Below, piece by piece: positions 61,213 through 64,000 of a stretch of 64,000 nucleotides of DNA (positions are counted from its first letter, which is position 1; each line of letters opens with the position of its first letter). The position numbers and the translations under genes are program-made. The DNA is from Callorhinchus milii (Eukaryota), in assembly GCF_018977255.1 (NCBI RefSeq), contig NW_024704742.1, positions 52,330,001 through 52,394,000 of the forward strand, given 5' to 3'. The notes below the pieces were generated by a model, which was not told the origin of the DNA, did no database searches, and saw only the letters and a program-made list of their open reading frames with translations.

Positions 61213-61765
61213 TAATAATTATAATCCTTGCATTTGATATAGTATTTTTCACATCAGGAGGATGTTTGAAACTGCTTCAGATGATTTTACTGTAGTTGTA
61301 GTTGTCCTACAAAGTGTACTGTGCATTTTGTAGGACAACTTTGCAGCCAATTTGCGCACAGCAATATCCCATTGAATGATCAATTTTATTTGGCAGATTG
61401 TTGGCCAGGACACAAAGGAAAACTCCCTTCACTTTTCAGATAGTGCCATGGGATCATCAAAGTCCAACTGAACAAGCAGACAGCATCTTGGTTTAATGTT
61501 TCATCTGAAGGTAATAATAATAATAATAATAATCCTTGCATTTGATATAGCGCCTTATCACGTCTTCAAGACATCTCAAAGTGCTTCACAGAATATAATG
61601 TAAAGTGAATTGACTGTATATTTTGGCATCTTCAACAATACAGTATACCCCCAACATTTTATTGAAGTATCACCCTAGACTGTGAGTTCCAATTCCTGAC
61701 ATACAGCTTAAAACCCATTACTTTCTGACTCAGAGGTAAAAGTGTGACCAACTGAGCTGGGCTGA
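61213..61765 (-). mobile_element. DeuSINE-type SINE with a nested younger SINE tail (about 61513-61625)
   Basis: Reverse complement of Deu-like body and head, interrupted by a (TAA)n tail fragment. Confidence 0.8.
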
Positions 61766-63589
61766 CAGAAAGTGACCAAAGTCAGACTTTATTATTTCAT
61801 ATATTAAGTTGCCCAATAAAGTCATTCTAATTAATGGACACCACAATTGTAATGATTGAGTTTGTAGTACTCTCAGAGATGAAGAGTGTAAAGTGAATAC
61901 AACACATACAATGATTGTTCAAATATTGCCATGTTCCATATTACGAACCAATGTGTGGGCCACCTTCTAAAGCCATTTATTTTCATTTAAATCCTTGGAA
62001 ACATTTACTTCCTTTGTCCATGTAACTCACGCTTTAAAAAAAGGATTAAGCAGTATATAAACTTTGCAATAACTTTAGCTACTACGTCCCCTCTCTGACT
62101 GTCTTTAAATCCTGCCTACAAACCTACCTATTTGAACGCATTCATAGTCACCTCCCCTTCCCCAAACTTCCTCCTATTTGTTCAGTGTCTGACCCCATTT
62201 TTGTAAAGTGCTTTGAGAAGTTATTCTACGTGAAGGGCGCTATATAAATGCAAATTGTTGTTGTTGATAATAACTACCATAATATGACAGTCAAAGAAAA
62301 TTGTTGCATGTTTGAAAACAGAAGAATGCTGGGAAATCAGTAGCTCTGTGACCTTCTTTACTGTTTAAAGAGCATGAAGGACCAAATGAGCATTGTTCCT
62401 TTGTCTGTAACACAAGTAAAATCAACTTGTGAAACAAAATGTGCTGCTTCCTTGTGAGACTGTCAGACATTACCCGGAGTTTTGTTTTGCACCTGCCAAA
62501 AAAGGATAAGGAAAAATAAAGAAAGAGTAAACAAATATGCTTAAACACCTGCTCCCATTCATCCATCGCACTGAATCTATTTATACATCACTTTGATGGA
62601 CTAATCTTTCATAGAGAGGTTCATTCAACAAAATGTAACCTTGCAGCCTGGGAAAGCCAGATGTTCAGGAATATTCTAGTGTAACTCAGTTCCATGTTTT
62701 TTTTCACACAATTGTTTTGCCACATTATTTGTTTTCTCCCTGTTGTGTTTTCCTCTCCGCAAAGCAGCTCCAATGTGTCATCTGCGTGTGTAGGACTAGT
62801 GCCTTGTATTGATAAAAGATGGCTGGCTTCCTTTCCTGTGCAGCTGTTGTTTGCAACATAAATGAAATGAAGTTGTTTTTACAGCAAGGTTTTATCATTA
62901 AAGTTTGGCATGTTACAAGATTCTCAGCTACTGCCCTTAAATGTAAATTAGACCTTACATATTCAACTTTCTATCTTATGAATATAGAATATTAGAAAAT
63001 GGTGGTTTGACAGGAAGCAGTATGCATTACAGAAATTCCACCTGGTCTTGCTTTGGCCTTGCTTTGAGTTTTATACACATTAGCTACCGCACGTACTCAC
63101 TTTTACATCCTCAAATTGTTGGTTGACTACTTTTTTGAAATGAAAAATACATTCTTAAAACAGGAAATTTGTATAAACTGGAATTAGTTTCAATGTGTGG
63201 TGATAAAATATATTGAAGTCTAAAGTGAGATATTCTTAAATTGGATTTGAGTCAAGAATTGGAACTTCTGTTTGCAAAGCGTGAAATGACAAATGATGAA
63301 TTACAAGTGATCAAATTCTGAAATAAGACCTGTAAGCAGTAACTCGACAATGTTCCTTTGGAGTTTTCTTACCGGACTTTCCCAGAATATCCCAATTGAT
63401 AATTCGCCATTTGCAAATTTGTGAATTTAAGCAGGGATTTTAGCAATCAGACATTTGCACACCACAAGAAAGTCATAAAGAGAGACTTGAATGCAATTTG
63501 CAAATATCACATTTTTAACACTGTTGAAATTAACTTTTGAGCTGTATCTAAAAAGATTTATAAGTGCTTATTAATAATAACTATTAAAA

Positions 63590-64000
63590 ATAATAATAAT
63601 CCTTGTATTTGCTATGTCACCTTATCACATTTTTGAGATGATTCAAAGTGCTTCACAGGATGTACTGTAAAATGGATTAATCTTGTATTATGCGGGTGAA
63701 ACACGGCAGCCAATTTGCACACATCAGTGTCCCACAAACAGCCATAGAGTGAGTGACCACGTTTTTTTATTTCGGGGATTTGTTGACCAGAACACTGGGA
63801 GAAACTCTCTTCTCTTTTCAAATAGTGCCATGGGATCCATAACATCTATCTGAAAAGGCTGACGGGACCTAGGTTTAATGTCTCATTTGAAGGATAGCTT
63901 CTCAACACACACATGCAACACACACCCAGCACTGCATTGGATTGTCAGCTTAGATTGTATAATTCTATATCCCAACATAGGGCTTGAACCCTCAACCTTC
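63590..64000 (-). mobile_element. DeuSINE-type SINE running off the window end
   Basis: Tail, Deu-like body (TAGTGCCATGGGATC) and B box at the end of the window. Confidence 0.8.

Noticed and set aside
26500..64000. KDR or other host-gene exons expected from synteny
   Set aside because: No kinase, Ig-like or other recognisable coding exon was found on either strand. The listed ORFs are repeat-derived or look random. Small or non-coding exons cannot be excluded by eye.

Overview
Vertebrate genomic DNA, probably from a cartilaginous fish (inferred only from the repeat families present). It contains the 3' two-thirds of a KIT-type class III receptor tyrosine kinase gene on the + strand. I could trace 15 consecutive coding exons by hand (equivalent to human KIT exons 7-21, 178..23033). 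All have GT-AG boundaries and compatible phases, and they join into one uninterrupted frame from Ig-like domains 4/5 through the transmembrane segment, juxtamembrane region and split kinase to the C-terminal tail. A long, repeat-poor probable 3'UTR follows, then about 37 kb with no recognisable host exons. The introns and intergenic DNA are packed with L2 and CR1 LINE fragments, two tRNA-headed SINE types sharing an L2-like 3' stem-loop tail, a TA-flanked MITE, a short Penelope-like element with a degenerate hammerhead core, and older unclassified repeats. I found no clearly new multi-gene system. The best leads are: (i) a 60-codon intron-16 frame opening into exon 17, the same geometry as mammalian truncated tr-KIT; (ii) several copies of neighbouring unique DNA duplicated at retroelement junctions; (iii) a modular young SINE subfamily with an L2-matched tail; (iv) an L2 lacking its RT domain; (v) the hammerhead-bearing short element; (vi) candidate enhancers downstream of KIT. 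Exon coordinates are exact. Repeat boundaries are approximate and family names come from recognition, not a database search.
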